Assembly (NCBI RefSeq): GCF_009914755.1
Contig: NC_060931.1
Direction: 5' to 3' (one strand)
DNA from: the human T2T-CHM13v2.0 reference genome, Homo sapiens
Length of the DNA stretch: 64,000 nucleotides
How positions within the stretch are numbered: position 1 is the first letter of the stretch; each line of letters opens with the position of its first letter. Of this stretch, positions 13,801 through 27,074 are shown one piece after another. Both the position numbers and the translations under genes were made by a program. The notes beneath the pieces were generated by a model. That model ran no database searches. It was not told where the DNA came from and saw only the letters and a program-made list of their open reading frames with translations.

Positions 13801-16039
13801 GTTGAACCTTGCTTTAGAGAGAGCAGATTTGAAACACTCTTGCTGTGGCATTTTCAGGTGGAGATTTCAAGCGATTTGAGGACAATTGCACAAAAGGAAA
13901 TATCTTCGTATAATAACCAGACAGAATCATTCTCAGAAAGTGCTTTGTGATGTGTGCGTTCAACTCACAGAGTTTAACCTTTCTTTTCATAGAGGAGTTT
14001 CGAAACACACTGTTTGTAAAGTCTGCAAGTGGATATATGGACCTGTTTGAGGCCTTCGTTGGAAACGGGATTTTATCATATAATGCTAGACGGAAGAATT
14101 CTCAGTAAATTCTTTGTGTTGTGTGCATTCAACTCACCGAGTGGAACGTCCCTTTAGACAGAGAAGATTTTAAACACTCTTTTTGCGGAATTTGCAAGTG
14201 GAGTTTTCTAGCCATTTGATGCCAACAGTAGAAAGGGAAATATCTTCAAATAAAAACCAGACAGAATCATTCTCAGAAAATTCTTTGTGATGTGTGCGTT
14301 CAACTCACATAGTTTAACCTTTCTTTTCATAGAGCAGTTTGGAAACACTCTGTTTGTAAAGTCTGCAAGTGGATATATGGACCGCATTGAGGCCTTCGTT
14401 GGAAACGGGATTTCTTCATTTCATGCTAGACAGAAGAATTCTCAGTAACTTCTTTGTACTGTGTGTATTCAACTCACAGAGTGCAACGTCCCATTACACA
14501 GAGCAGATTTGAAACACTCTTTTTGTGGAATTTGCAAGTGGAGATTTCAAGCGATTTGATGCCAACAGTAGAAGAGGAAATATCTTCAAATAAAAACTAG
14601 ACAGAATCATTCTCAGAAACTACTTTGTGATGTGTGCCTTCAACTCGCAGAGTTTAACCTTTCTTTTCTTAGAGCAGTTTAGAAACACTCTGCTTGTTAT
14701 GTCTGCAAGTGGATATTTGGACCTCTTTGAGGCCTTCGTTGCAAACGGGATTTCTTCCTTTAATGCTAGACTAAGAAGAGTTCTCAGTAACTTTTTTGTG
14801 TTGTGTGTATTCAACTCACAGAGTTGAACCTTGCTTTAGAGAGAGCAGATTTGAAACACTCTTGCTGTGGCATTTTCAGGTGGAGATTTCAAGCGATTTG
14901 AGGACAATTGCAGAAAAGGAAATATCTTCGTATAATAACCAGACAGAATCATTCTCAGAAAGTGCTTTGTGATGTGTGCGTTCAACTCACAGAGTTTAAC
15001 CTTTCTTTTCATAGAGGAGTTTGGAAACACACTGTTTGTAAAGTCTGCATGTGGATATATGGACCTGTTTGAGGCCTTCGTTGGAAACGGGATTTCTTCA
15101 TTGAATGCTAGACGGAAGAATTCTCAGTAAATTCTTTGTGTTGTGTGCATTCAACTTACGGAGTGGAACGTCCCTTTAGACAGAGCAGATTTGAAACACT
15201 CTTTTTGCAGAATTTGCAAGTGGAGATTTCTAGCCATTTGATGCCAACGGTAGAAAGGGAAATATCTTCAAATAAAAACTAGACAGAATCATCCTCATAA
15301 AATTCTTTGTGATGTGTGCGTTCAACTCACATAGTTTAACCTTTCTTTTCATAGACCAGTTTGGAAACACTCTGTTGGTAATGTCTGCAAGTGGAAAGAT
15401 GGACCGCTTTGAGGACTTCGTTGGAAACGGGATTTCTTAATTTCATGCTAGACAGAAGAATTCTCAGTAACTTCTTTGTGTTGTGTGTATTCAACTGACA
15501 GATTGGAATGTCCCATTACACAGAGCAGTTTTGAAACACTCTTTTTGTGGAATTTAAAAGTGGAGAATTAAAGCGATTTGATGCCAACAGTTGAAAAGGA
15601 AATATCTTCAAATAAAAACTAGACAGAATCATTCTCAGAAAATTCTTTGTGATGTGTACGTTCAGCTCACATAGTTTAACCTTTCTTTTCATAGAGCAGT
15701 TTCGAAACACACTCTTTGTATAATCTGCAAGTGGATATATGTACCGCTTTGAGGCATTCCTTGGAAACGGGATTTCTTCATTGAATGCTAGACAGAAGAA
15801 TTCTCAGTAAACTCTTTGTGTTGTGTGCATTCAACTCACCGAGTGGAACGTCCCTTTAGACAGAGCAGATTTGAAACACTCTTTTTGCGAAATTTGGAAG
15901 TGGAGATTTCAAGCCATTTGATGCCAACAATAGAAAGGGAAATATCTTCAAATAAAAACTAGACAGAATCATTCTCAGAAAATTCTTTGTGATGTGTGCG
16001 TTCAACTCACATAGTTTAACCTTTCTTTTCATAGAGCAG

Positions 16040-18030
16040 TTTGGAAAAACTCTGTTTGTAAAGTCTGCAAGTGGATATATGGACCGCTTTGAGACCTTCG
16101 TTGGCAACGGGATTTCTTCGTTTAATGCTAGACAGAAGAATTCTCAGTAACTTCTTTGAGTTTTGTGTATTCAACTCACAGAGTTGAACCTTGCTTTAGA
16201 GAGAGCAGATTTGATATACTCTTGCTGTGGAATTTTCAGGTGGAAATTTCAAGCGATTTGAGGACAATTGCAGAAAAGCAAATATCTTCGTATAAAAACC
16301 AGACAGAATCATTCTCAGAAAGTGCTTTGTGATGTGTGCGTTCAACTCACAGAGTTTAACCTTTCTTTTCATAGAGGAGTTTGGAAACACACTGTTTGTA
16401 AAATCTGCAAGTGCATATTTGGACCTCTTTGAGGCCTTCATTGGATATGGGATTTTTTCATATATTGCTAGACGGAAGAATTCGATTTGATGCCAACAGT
16501 ATAAAAGGAAATATCTTCAAATAAAAACTAGACAGAATCCTTCTCAGAAAATTCTTTGTGATGTGTGCGTTTAGCTCACATAGTTTAACCTTTGTTTTCA
16601 TAGAGCAGTTTGGAAACACACTGTTTGAAAAATCTGCAAGTGGATAAAAGGACCGCTTTGAGGCATTCGTTGGAAACGGGATTTCTTCATTTAATGCTAG
16701 TCAGAAGAATTCTCAGTAAATTCTTTGTGTTGTGTGCATTCAACTCACCGAGTGGAACGTCCCTTTAGACAGAGCAGATTTGGAAACCTCTTTTTGCGGA
16801 ATTTGCAAGTGGAGATTTCTAACCATTTGATGCCAACCGTAGAAAGGGAAATATCTTCAAATAAAAACTAGACAGAAAAATTCTCAGAAAATTCTTTGTG
16901 ATGTGTGCGTTCAACTCGCATAGTTTAACCTTTCCTTTCATAGAGCAGTTTAGAAACACTCTGTTTGTAATGTCTGCAAGTGGATACATGGACCTCTTTG
17001 AGGACTTCGTTGGAAACGGGATTTCTTCATTTTATGCTAGACAGAAGAATTCTCAGTAACTTACTTGTGTTGTGTTTATTCAACTCACAGAGTGGAACGT
17101 CCCTTTACACAGAGCAGATATGAAACACTCTTTTTCTGGAATTTGCAAGTGGAGATTTCAAGCGATTTGATGCCAACAGTAGAAAAGGAAATATCTTCAA
17201 ATAAAACCTAGACAGAATCATTCTCAGAAACTACTTCGTGATGTGTGCCTTCAACTCACAGTGTTTAACCCTTCTTTTCTTAGAGCAGTTTAGAAACACT
17301 CTGCTTGTAATGTCTGCAAGTGGATATTTGGACCTCTTTGAGGCCTTCGTTGCAAACGGGATTTCTTCATTTCATGCTAGACTAAGAAGAGTTCTCAGTA
17401 ACTGTTTTGTGTTGTGTGTATTCAACTCACAGTGTTGAACCTTTCTATAGAGAGAGCAGATTTGAAACACTCTTGCTGTGCAATTTTCAGGTGGAGATTT
17501 CAAGCGATTTGAGGACAATTGCAGAAAAGGAAATATCTTCGTATAAAAACCAGAGAGAATCATTCTCAGCAAGTGCTTTCTTATGTGTGCGTTCAACTCA
17601 CAGAGTTTAACCTTCCTTTTCATAGAGCAGTTTGGAAACACACTGTTTGTTATGTCTGTAAGTGGATATTTGGACCTGTTTGAGGCCTTCTTTGGAAACG
17701 GGCTTTTTTCATATAATGCTAGATGGAAGAATTCTCAGTAAATTCTTTGTGTTGTCTGCATTCAACTCACAGAGTGGAACGTCCTTTTAGACAGAGCAGA
17801 TTTGAAACACTCTTTGTCTGGAATTTGCAAATGGAGATTTCAAGCGATTTGATGACAACAGTAGAAAAGGAAATATCTTCAAATAAAAACCAGACAGAAT
17901 CATTCTCAGAAAGTGCTTTGTGATGTGTGCGTTCAACTCACAGAGTTTAACCTTTCTTTTCATAGAGGAGTTTGGAAACACACTGTTTGTAAAGTCTGCA
18001 AGTGGATATATGGACCTGTTTGAGGCCTCC
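16040..18030 (+). repeat. Diverged alpha satellite block containing a 111 bp deletion
   Basis: High density of substitutions relative to flanking HORs (e.g. TTGATATACT, GGATAAAAGG, TTGGAAACCTC, GAAAAATTCTC, CTTTCTATAG). Junction GAAGAATTC|GATTTGATGCC at 16483/16484. Confidence 0.9.
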
Positions 18031-19279
18031 GTTGGAAACGGGATTTCTTCATTGAATGCTAGACGGAAGAATTCTCAGTAAATTCTTTGTGTTGTGTGCA
18101 TTCAACTCCCAGAGTGGAACGTCCCTTTAGACAGAGCAGATTTGAAACACTCTTTTTGCGGAATTTGCAAATGGAGATTTCTAGCCATTTGCTGCCAACG
18201 GTAGAAAGGGAAATATCTTCAAATAAAAACTAGACAGAATCATCCTCAGAAAATTCTTTGTGATGTGTGCGTTCAACTCACATAGTTTAACCTTTCTTTT
18301 CATAGACCAGTTTGGAAACGCTCTGTTGGTAATGTCTGCAAGTGGATATATGGACCGCTTTGAGGACTTCGTTGGAAACGGGATTTCTTAATTTCATGCT
18401 AGACAGAAGAATTCTCAGTAACTTCTTTGTGTTGTGTGTATTCAACTGACAGATTGGAATGTCCCATTACATAGAGCAGTTTTGAAACACTCTTTTTGTG
18501 GAATTTAAAAGTGGAGAATTCAAGCGATTTGATGCCAACAGTTGAAAAGGAAATATCTTCAAATAAAAACTAGACAGAATCATTCTCAGAAAATTCTTTG
18601 TGATGTGTGCGTTCAGCTCACATAGTTTAACCTTTCTTTTCATAGAGCAGTTTCGAAACACACTGTTTGTAAAATCTGCAAGTGGATATATGTACCGCTT
18701 TGAGGCATTCCTTGGAAACGGGATTTCTTCATTGAATGCTAGACAGAAGAATTCTCAGTAAATTCTTTGTGTTGTGTGCATTCAACTCACCGAGTGGAAC
18801 GTCCCTTTAGACAGAGCAGATTTGAAACACTCTTTTTGCGAAATTTGGAAATGGAGATTTCAAGCCATTTGATGCCAACAATAGAAAGGGAAATATCTTC
18901 AAATAAAAACTAGACAGAATCATTCTCAGAAAATTCTTTGTGATGTGTGCGCTCAACTCACATAGTTTAACCTTTCTTTTCATAGAGCAGTTTGGAAACA
19001 CTCTGTTTGTAAAGTCTGCAAGTAGATATATGGACCGCTTTGAGGCCTTCGTTGGAAACGGGATTTCTTCATTTCGTGCTAGACAGAAGAATTCTCAGTA
19101 ACTTCTTTGTGTTGTGTGTATTCAACTCACAGAGTGGAACGTCCCTTTAGACAGAGAAGATTTGAAACACTCTTTTTGTGGAATTTGCAAGTGGAGATTT
19201 CAAGCGATTTGATGCCAGCAGTAGAAAAGGAAATATCTTCAAATAAAAACTAGACAGAATCATTCTCAGAAACTACTTT

Positions 19280-22200
19280 GTGATGTGTGCCTTCAACTCA
19301 CAGAGTTTAACCTTTCTTTTCTTAGAGCAGTTTAGAAACACTCTGCTTCTTAAGTCTGCAACTGGATATTTGGACCTCTTTGAGGCCTTCGTTGCAAACG
19401 GGATTTCTTCCTTTAATGCTAGACTAAGAAGAGTTCTCAGTAACTTTTTTGTGTTGTGTGTATTCAACTCACAGAGTTGAACCTTGCTTTAGAGAGAGCA
19501 GATTTGAAACACTCTTGCTGTGGCATTTTCAGGTGGAGATTTCAAGCGATTTGAGGACAATTGCACAAAAGGAAATATCTTCGTATAATAACCAGACAGA
19601 ATCATTCTCAGAAAGTGCTTTGTGATGTGTGCGTTCAACTCACAGAGTTTAACCTTTCTTTTCATAGAGGAGTTTGGAAACACACTGTTTGTAAAGTCTG
19701 CAAGTGGATATATGGACCTGTTTGAGGCCTTCGTTGGAAACGGGATTTCTTCATTGAATGCTAGACGGAAGAATTCTCAGTAAATTCTTTGTGTTGTGTG
19801 CATTCAACTCACAGAGTGGAACGTCCCTTTAGACAGAGCAGATTTGAAACACTCTTTTTGCGGAATTTGCAATTGGAGATTTCTAGCCATTTGATGCCAA
19901 CGGTAGAACGGGAAATATCTTCAAATAAAAACTAGACAGAATCATCCTCAGAAAATTCTTTGTGATGTGTGCGTTCAACTCACATAGTTTAACCTTTCTT
20001 TTCATAGACCAGTTTGGAAACACTCTGTTGGTAATGTCTGCAAGTGGATATATGGACCGCTTTGAGGACTTCGTTGGAAACGGAGTTTCTTAATTTCATG
20101 CTAGACAGAAGAATTCTCAGTAACTTCTTTGTGTTGTGTGTATTCAACTGACAGATTGGAATGTCCCATTACACAGAGCAGTTTTGAAACACTCTTTTTG
20201 TGGAATTTAAAAGTGGAGAATTCAAGCGATTTGATGCCAAAAGTTGGAAAGGAAATATCTTCAAATAAAAATTAGACAGAATCATTCTCAGAAAATTCTT
20301 TGTGATGTGTGCGTTCAGCTCACATAGTTTAACCTTTCTTTTCATAGAGCAGTTTCGAAACACACTGTTTGTAAAATCTGCAAGTGGATATATGTACCGC
20401 TTTGAGGCATTCCTTGGAAACGGGATTTCTTCATTGAATGCTAGACAGAAGAATTCTCAGTAAATTCTTTGTGTTGTGTGCATTCAACTCACCGAGTGGA
20501 ACGTCCCTTTAGACAGAGCAGATTTGAAACACTCTTTTTGCGAAATTTGGTAGTGGAGATTTCAAGCCATTTGATGCCAACAATAGAAAGGGAAATATCT
20601 TCAAATAAAAACTAGACAGAATCATTCTCAGAAAATTCTTTGTGATGTGTGCGTTCAACTCACATAGTTTAACCTTTCTTTTCATAGAGCAGTTTGGAAA
20701 CACTCTGTTTGTAAAGTCTGCAAGTAGATATATGGACCGCTTTGAGGCCTTCGTTGGAAACGGGATTTCTTCATTTCATGCTAGACAGAAGAATTCTCAG
20801 TAACTCCTTTGTGTTGTGTGTATTCAACTCACAGTGTGGAACGTCCCTTTAGACAGAGCAGATTTGAAACACTCTTTTTGTGGAATTTGCAAGTGGAGAT
20901 TTCAAGCGATTTGATGCCAGCAGTAGAAAAGGAAATATCTTCAAATAAAAACTAGACAGAATCATTCTCAGAAACTACTTTGTGATGTGTGCCTTCAACT
21001 CACAGAGTTTAACCTTTCTTTTCTTAGAGCAGTTTAGAAACACTCTGCTTCTTATGTCTGCAAGTGGATATTTGGACCTCTTTGAGGCCTTCGTTGCAAA
21101 CGGGATTTCTTCCTTTAATGCTAGACTAAGAAGAGTTCTCAGTAACTTTTTTGTGTTGTGTGTATTCAACTCACAGAGTTGAACCTTGCTTTAGAGAGAG
21201 CAGATTTGAAACACTCTTGCTGTGGCATTTTCAGGTGGAGATTTCAAGCGATTTGAGGACAATTGCAGAAAAGGAAATATCTTCGTATAATAACCAGAGA
21301 GAATCATTCTCAGAAAGTGCTTTGTGATGTGTGCGTTCAACTCACAGAGTTCAACCTTTCTTTTCATAGAGGAGTTTGGAAACACACTGTTAGTAAAGTC
21401 TGCAAGTGGATATATGGACCTGTTTGATGCCTTCGTTGGAAACGGGATTTTATCATATAATGCTAGACGGAAGAATTCTCAGTAAATTCTTTGTGTTGTG
21501 TGCATTCAACTCACAGAGTGGAACGTCCCTTTAGACAGAGCAGATTTGAAACACTCTTTTTGCGGAATTTGCAATTGGAGATTTCTAGCCATTTGATGCC
21601 AACGGTAGAACGGGAAATATCTTCAAATAAAAACTAGACAGAATCATCCTCAGAAAATTCTTTGTGATGTGTGCGTTCAACTCACATAGTTTAACCTTTC
21701 TTTTCATAGACCAGTTTGGAAACACTCTGTTGGTAATGTCTGCAAGTGGATATATGGACCGCTTTGAGGACTTCGTTGGAAACGGAATTTCTTAATTTCA
21801 TGCTAGACAGAAGAATTCTCAGTAACTTCTTTGTGTTGTGTGTATTCAACTGACAGATTGGAATGTCCCATTACACAGAGCAGTTTTGAAACACTCTTTT
21901 TGTGGAATTTAAAAGTGGAGAATTCAAGCGATTTGATGCCAAAAGTTGGAAAGGAAATATCTTCAAATAAAAATTAGACAGAATCATTCTCAGAAAATTC
22001 TTTGTGATGTGTGCGTTCAGCTCACATAGTTTAACCTTTCTTTTCATAGAGCAGTTTCGAAACACACTGTTTGTAAAATCTGCAAGTGGATATATGTACC
22101 GCTTTGAGGCATTCCTTGGAAACGGGATTTCTTCATTGAATGCTAGACAGAAGAATTCTCAGTAAATTCTTTGTGTTGTGTGCATTCAACTCACCGAGTG

Positions 22201-25200
22201 GAACGTCCCTTTAGACAGACCAGATTTGAAACACTCTTTTTGCGAAATTTGGAAGTGGAGATTTCAAGCCATTTGATGCCAACAATAGAAAGGGAAATAT
22301 CTTCAAATAAAAACTAGGCAGAATCATTCTCAGAAAATTCTTTGTGATGTGTGCGTTCAACTCACATAGTTTAACCTTTCTTTTCATAGAGCAGTTTGGA
22401 AACACTCTGTTTGTAAAGTCTGCAAGTAGATATATGGACCGCTTTGAGGCCTTCGTTGGAAACGGGATTTCTTCATTTCATGCTAGACAGAAGAATTCTC
22501 AGTAACTCCTTTGTGTTGTGTGTATTCAACTCACAGTGTGGAACGTCCCTTTAGACAGAGCAGATTTCAAACACTCTTTTTGTGGAATTTGCAAGTGGAG
22601 ATTTCAAGCGATTTGATGCCAGCAGTAGAAAAGGAAATATCTTCTAATAAAAACTAGACAGAATCATTCTCAGAAACTACTTTGTGATGTGTGCCTTCAA
22701 CTCACAGAGTTTAACCTTTCTTTTCTTAGAGCAGTTTAGAAACACTCTGCTGCTTATGTCTGCAAGTGGATATTTGGACCTCTTTGAGGCCTTCGTTGCA
22801 AACGGGATTTCTTCCTTTAATGCTAGACTAAGAAGAGTTCTCAGTAACTTTTTTGTGTTGTGTGTATTCAACTCACAGAGTTGAACCTTGCTTTAGAGAG
22901 AGCAGATTTGAAACACTCTTGCTGTGGCATTTTCAGGTGGAGATTTCAAGCGATTTGAGGACAATTGCAGAAAAGGAAATATCTTCGTATAATAACCAGA
23001 CAGAATCATTCTCAGAAAGTGCTTTGTGATGTGTGCGTTCAACTCACAGAGTTTAACCTTTCTTTTCATAGAGGAGTTTGGAAACACACTGTTTGTAAAG
23101 TCTGCAAGTGGATATATGGACCTGTTTGAGGCCTTCGTTGGAAACGGGATTTCTTCATTGAATGCTAGACGGAAGAATTCTCAGTAAATTCTTTGTGTTG
23201 TGTGCATTCAACTCACAGAGTGGAACGTCCCTTTAGACAGAGCAGATTTGAAACACTCTTTTTGCGGAATTTGCAATTGGAGATTTCTAGCCATTTGATG
23301 CCAACGGTAGAAAGGGAAATATCTTCAAATAAAAACTAGACAGAATCATCCTCAGAAAATTCTTTGTGATGTGTGCGTTCAACTCACATAGTTTAACCTT
23401 TCTTTTCATAGACCAGTTTGGAAACACTCTGTTGGTAATGTCTGCAAGTGGATATATGGACCGCTTTGAGGACTTCGTTGGAAACGGAATTTCTTAATTT
23501 CATGCTAGACAGAAGAATTCTCAGTAACTTCTTTGTGTTGTGTGTATTCAACTGACAGATTGGAATGTCCCATTACACAGAGCAGTTTTGAAACACTCTT
23601 TTTGTGGAATTTAAAAGTGGAGAATTCAAGCGATTTGATGCCAAAAGTTGGAAAGGAAATATCTTCAAATAAAAATTAGACAGAATCATTCTCAGAAAAT
23701 TCTTTGTGATGTGTGCGTTCAGCTCACATAGTTTAACCTTTCTTTTCATAGAGCAGTTTCGAAACACACTGTTTGTAAAATCTGCAAGTGGATATATGTA
23801 CCGCTTTGAGGCATTCCTTGGAAACGGGATTTCTTCATTGAATGCTAGACAGAAGAATTCTCAGTAAATTCTTTGTGTTGTGTGCATTCAACTCACCGAG
23901 TGGAACGTCCCTTTAGACAGACCAGATTTGAAACACTCTTTTTGCGAAATTTGGAAGTGGAGATTTCAAGCCATTTGATGCCAACAATAGAAAGGGAAAT
24001 ATCTTCAAATAAAAACTAGGCAGAATCATTCTCAGAAAATTCTTTGTGATGTGTGCGTTCAACTCACATAGTTTAACCTTTCTTTTCATAGAGCAGTTTG
24101 GAAACACTCTGTTTGTAAAGTCTGCAAGTAGATATATGGACCGCTTTGAGGCCTTCGTTGGAAACGGGATTTCTTCATTTCATGCTAGACAGAAGAATTC
24201 TCAGTAACTCCTTTGTGTTGTGTGTATTCAACTCACAGTGTGGAACGTCCCTTTAGACAGAGCAGATTTCAAACACTCTTTTTGTGGAATTTGCAAGTGG
24301 AGATTTCAAGCGATTTGATGCCAGCAGTAGAAAAGGAAATATCTTCAAATAAAAACTAGACAGAATCATTCTCAGAAACTACTTTGTGATGTGTGCCTTC
24401 AACTCACAGAGTTTAACCTTTCTTTTCTTAGAGCAGTTTAGAAACACTCTGCTTCTTATGTCTGCAAGTGGATATTTGGACCTCTTTGAGGCCTTCGTTG
24501 CAAACGGGATTTCTTCCTTTAATGCTAGACTAAGAAGAGTTCTCAGTAACTTTTTTGTGTTGTGTGTATTCAACTCACAGAGTTGAACCTTGCTTTAGAG
24601 AGAGCAGATTTGAAACACTCTTGCTGTGGCATTTTCAGGTGGAGATTTCAAGCGATTTGAGGACAATTGCAGAAAAGGAAATATCTTCGTATAATAACCA
24701 GACAGAATCATTCTCAGAAAGTGCTTTGTGATGTGTGCGTTCAACTCACAGAGTTTAACCTTTCTTTTCATAGAGGAGTTTGGAAACACACTGTTTGTAA
24801 AGTCTGCAAGTGGATATATGGACCTGTTTGAGGCCTTCGTTGGAAACGGGATTTCTTCATTGAATGCTAGACGGAAGAATTCTCAGTAAATTCTTTGTGT
24901 TGTGTGCATTCAACTCACAGAGTGGAACGTCCCTTTAGACAGAGCAGATTTGAAACACTCTTTTTGCGGAATTTGCAATTGGAGATTTCTAGCCATTTGA
25001 TGCCAACGGTAGAAAGGGAAATATCTTCAAATAAAAACTAGACAGAATCATCCTCAGAAAATTCTTTGTGATGTGTGCGTTCAACTCACATAGTTTAACC
25101 TTTCTTTTCATAGACCAGTTTGGAAACACTCTGTTGGTAATGTCTGCAAGTGGATATATGGACCGCTTTGAGGACTTCGTTGGAAACGGAATTTCTTAAT

Positions 25201-26087
25201 TTCATGCTAGACAGAAGAATTCTCAGTAACTTCTTTGTGTTGTGTGTATTCAACTGACAGATTGGAATGTCCCATTACACAGAGCAGTTTTGAAACACTC
25301 TTTTTGTGGAATTTAAAAGTGGAGAATTCAAGCGATTTGATGCCAAAAGTTGGAAAGGAAATATCTTCAAATAAAAATTAGACAGAATCATTCTCAGAAA
25401 ATTCTTTGTGATGTGTGCGTTCAGCTCACATAGTTTAACCTTTCTTTTCATAGAGCAGTTTCGAAACACACTGTTTGTAAAATCTGCAAGTGGATATATG
25501 TACCGCTTTGAGGCATTCCTTGGAAACGGGATTTCTTCATTGAATGCTAGACAGAAGAATTCTCAGTAAATTCTTTGTGTTGTGTGCATTCAACTCACCG
25601 AGTGGAACGTCCCTTTAGACAGAGCAGATTTGAAACAGTCTTTTTACGAAATTTGGAAGTGGAGATTTCAAGCCATTTGATGCCAACAATAGAAAGGGAA
25701 ATATCTTCAAATAAAAACTAGACAGAATCATTCTCAGAAAATTCTTTGTGATGTGTGCGTTCAACTCACATAGTTTAACCTTTCTTTTCATAGAGCAGTT
25801 TGGAAACACTCTGTTTGTAAAGTCTGCAAGTAGATATATGGACCGCTTTGAGGCCTTCGTTGGAAACGGGATTTCTTCATTTCATGCTAGACAGAAGAAT
25901 TCTCAGTAACTCCTTTGTGTTGTGTGTATTCAACTCACAGTGTGGAACGTCCCTTTAGACAGAGCAGATTTGAAACACTCTTTTTGTGGAATTTGCAAGT
26001 GGAGATTTCAAGCGATTTGATGCCAGCAGTAGAAAAGGAAATATCTTCAAATAAAAACTAGACAGAATCATTCTCAGAAACTACTTT
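19280..26087 (+). repeat. Four tandem 10-mer HORs
   Basis: Anchors 19280, 20982, 22684, 24386 and 26088 spaced 1,702 bp apart. Confidence 0.92.
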
Positions 26088-27074
26088 GTGATGTGTGCCT
26101 TCAACCCACAGAGTTTAACCTTTCTTTTCTTAGAGCAGTTTAGAAACACTCTGCTTCTTATGTCTGCAAGTGGATATTTGGACCTCTTTGAGGCCTTCGT
26201 TGCAAACGGGATTTCTTCCTTTAATGCTAGACTAAGAAGAGTTCTCAGTAACTTTTTTGTGTTGTGTGTATTCAACTCACAGAGTTGAACCTTGCTTTAG
26301 AGAGTGCAGATTTGAAACACTCTTGCTGTGGCATTTTCAGGTGGAGATTTCAAGCGATTTGAGGACAATTGCAGAAAAGGAAATATCTTCGTATAATAAC
26401 CAGAGAGAATCATTCTCAGAAAGTGCTTTGTGATGTGTGCGTTCAACTCACAGAGTTCAACCTTTCTTTTCATAGAGGAGTTTCGAAACACACTGTTTGT
26501 AAAGTCTGCAAGTGGATATATGGACCTGTTTGATGCCTTCGTTGGAAACGGGATTTTATCATATAATGCTAGACGGAAGAATTCTCAGTAAATTCTTTGT
26601 GTTGTGTGCATTCAACTCACAGAGTGGAACGTCCCTTTAGACAGAGAAGATTTTAAACACTCTTTTTGCGGAATTTGCAAGTGGAGTTTTCTAGCCATTT
26701 GATGCCAACAGTAGAAAGGGAAATATCTTCAAATAAAAACCAGACAGAATCATTCTCAGAAAATTCTTTGTGATGTGTGCGTTCAACTCACATAGTTTAA
26801 CCTTTCTTTTCATAGAGCCGTTTGGAAACACTCTGTTTGTAAAGTCTGCAAGTGGATATATGGACCGCATTGAGGCCTTCGTTGGAAACGGGATTTCTTC
26901 ATTTCATGCTAGACAGAAGAATTCTCAGTAACTTCTTTGTGCTGTGTGTATTCAACTCACAGAGTGCAACGTCCCTTTACACAGAGCAGATTTGAAACAC
27001 TCTTTTTGTGGAATTTGCAAGTGGAGATTTCAAGCGATTTGATGCCAACAGTAGAAAAGGAAATATCTTCAAAT

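Noticed and set aside
10881-14626. 2.7 kb 16-mer suggesting the chr7 D7Z2 array
   Set aside because: This 16-mer is built from CENP-B-box-rich SF1 dimers shared with the 6-mer. D7Z2 is a separate, non-dimeric array, so the length match is probably coincidental.
16478-16483. Deletion beginning at an EcoRI site as a cloning artefact
   Set aside because: The other side of the junction is not an EcoRI site in the normal monomer, so it is not a simple religation product. Read support would still be decisive.
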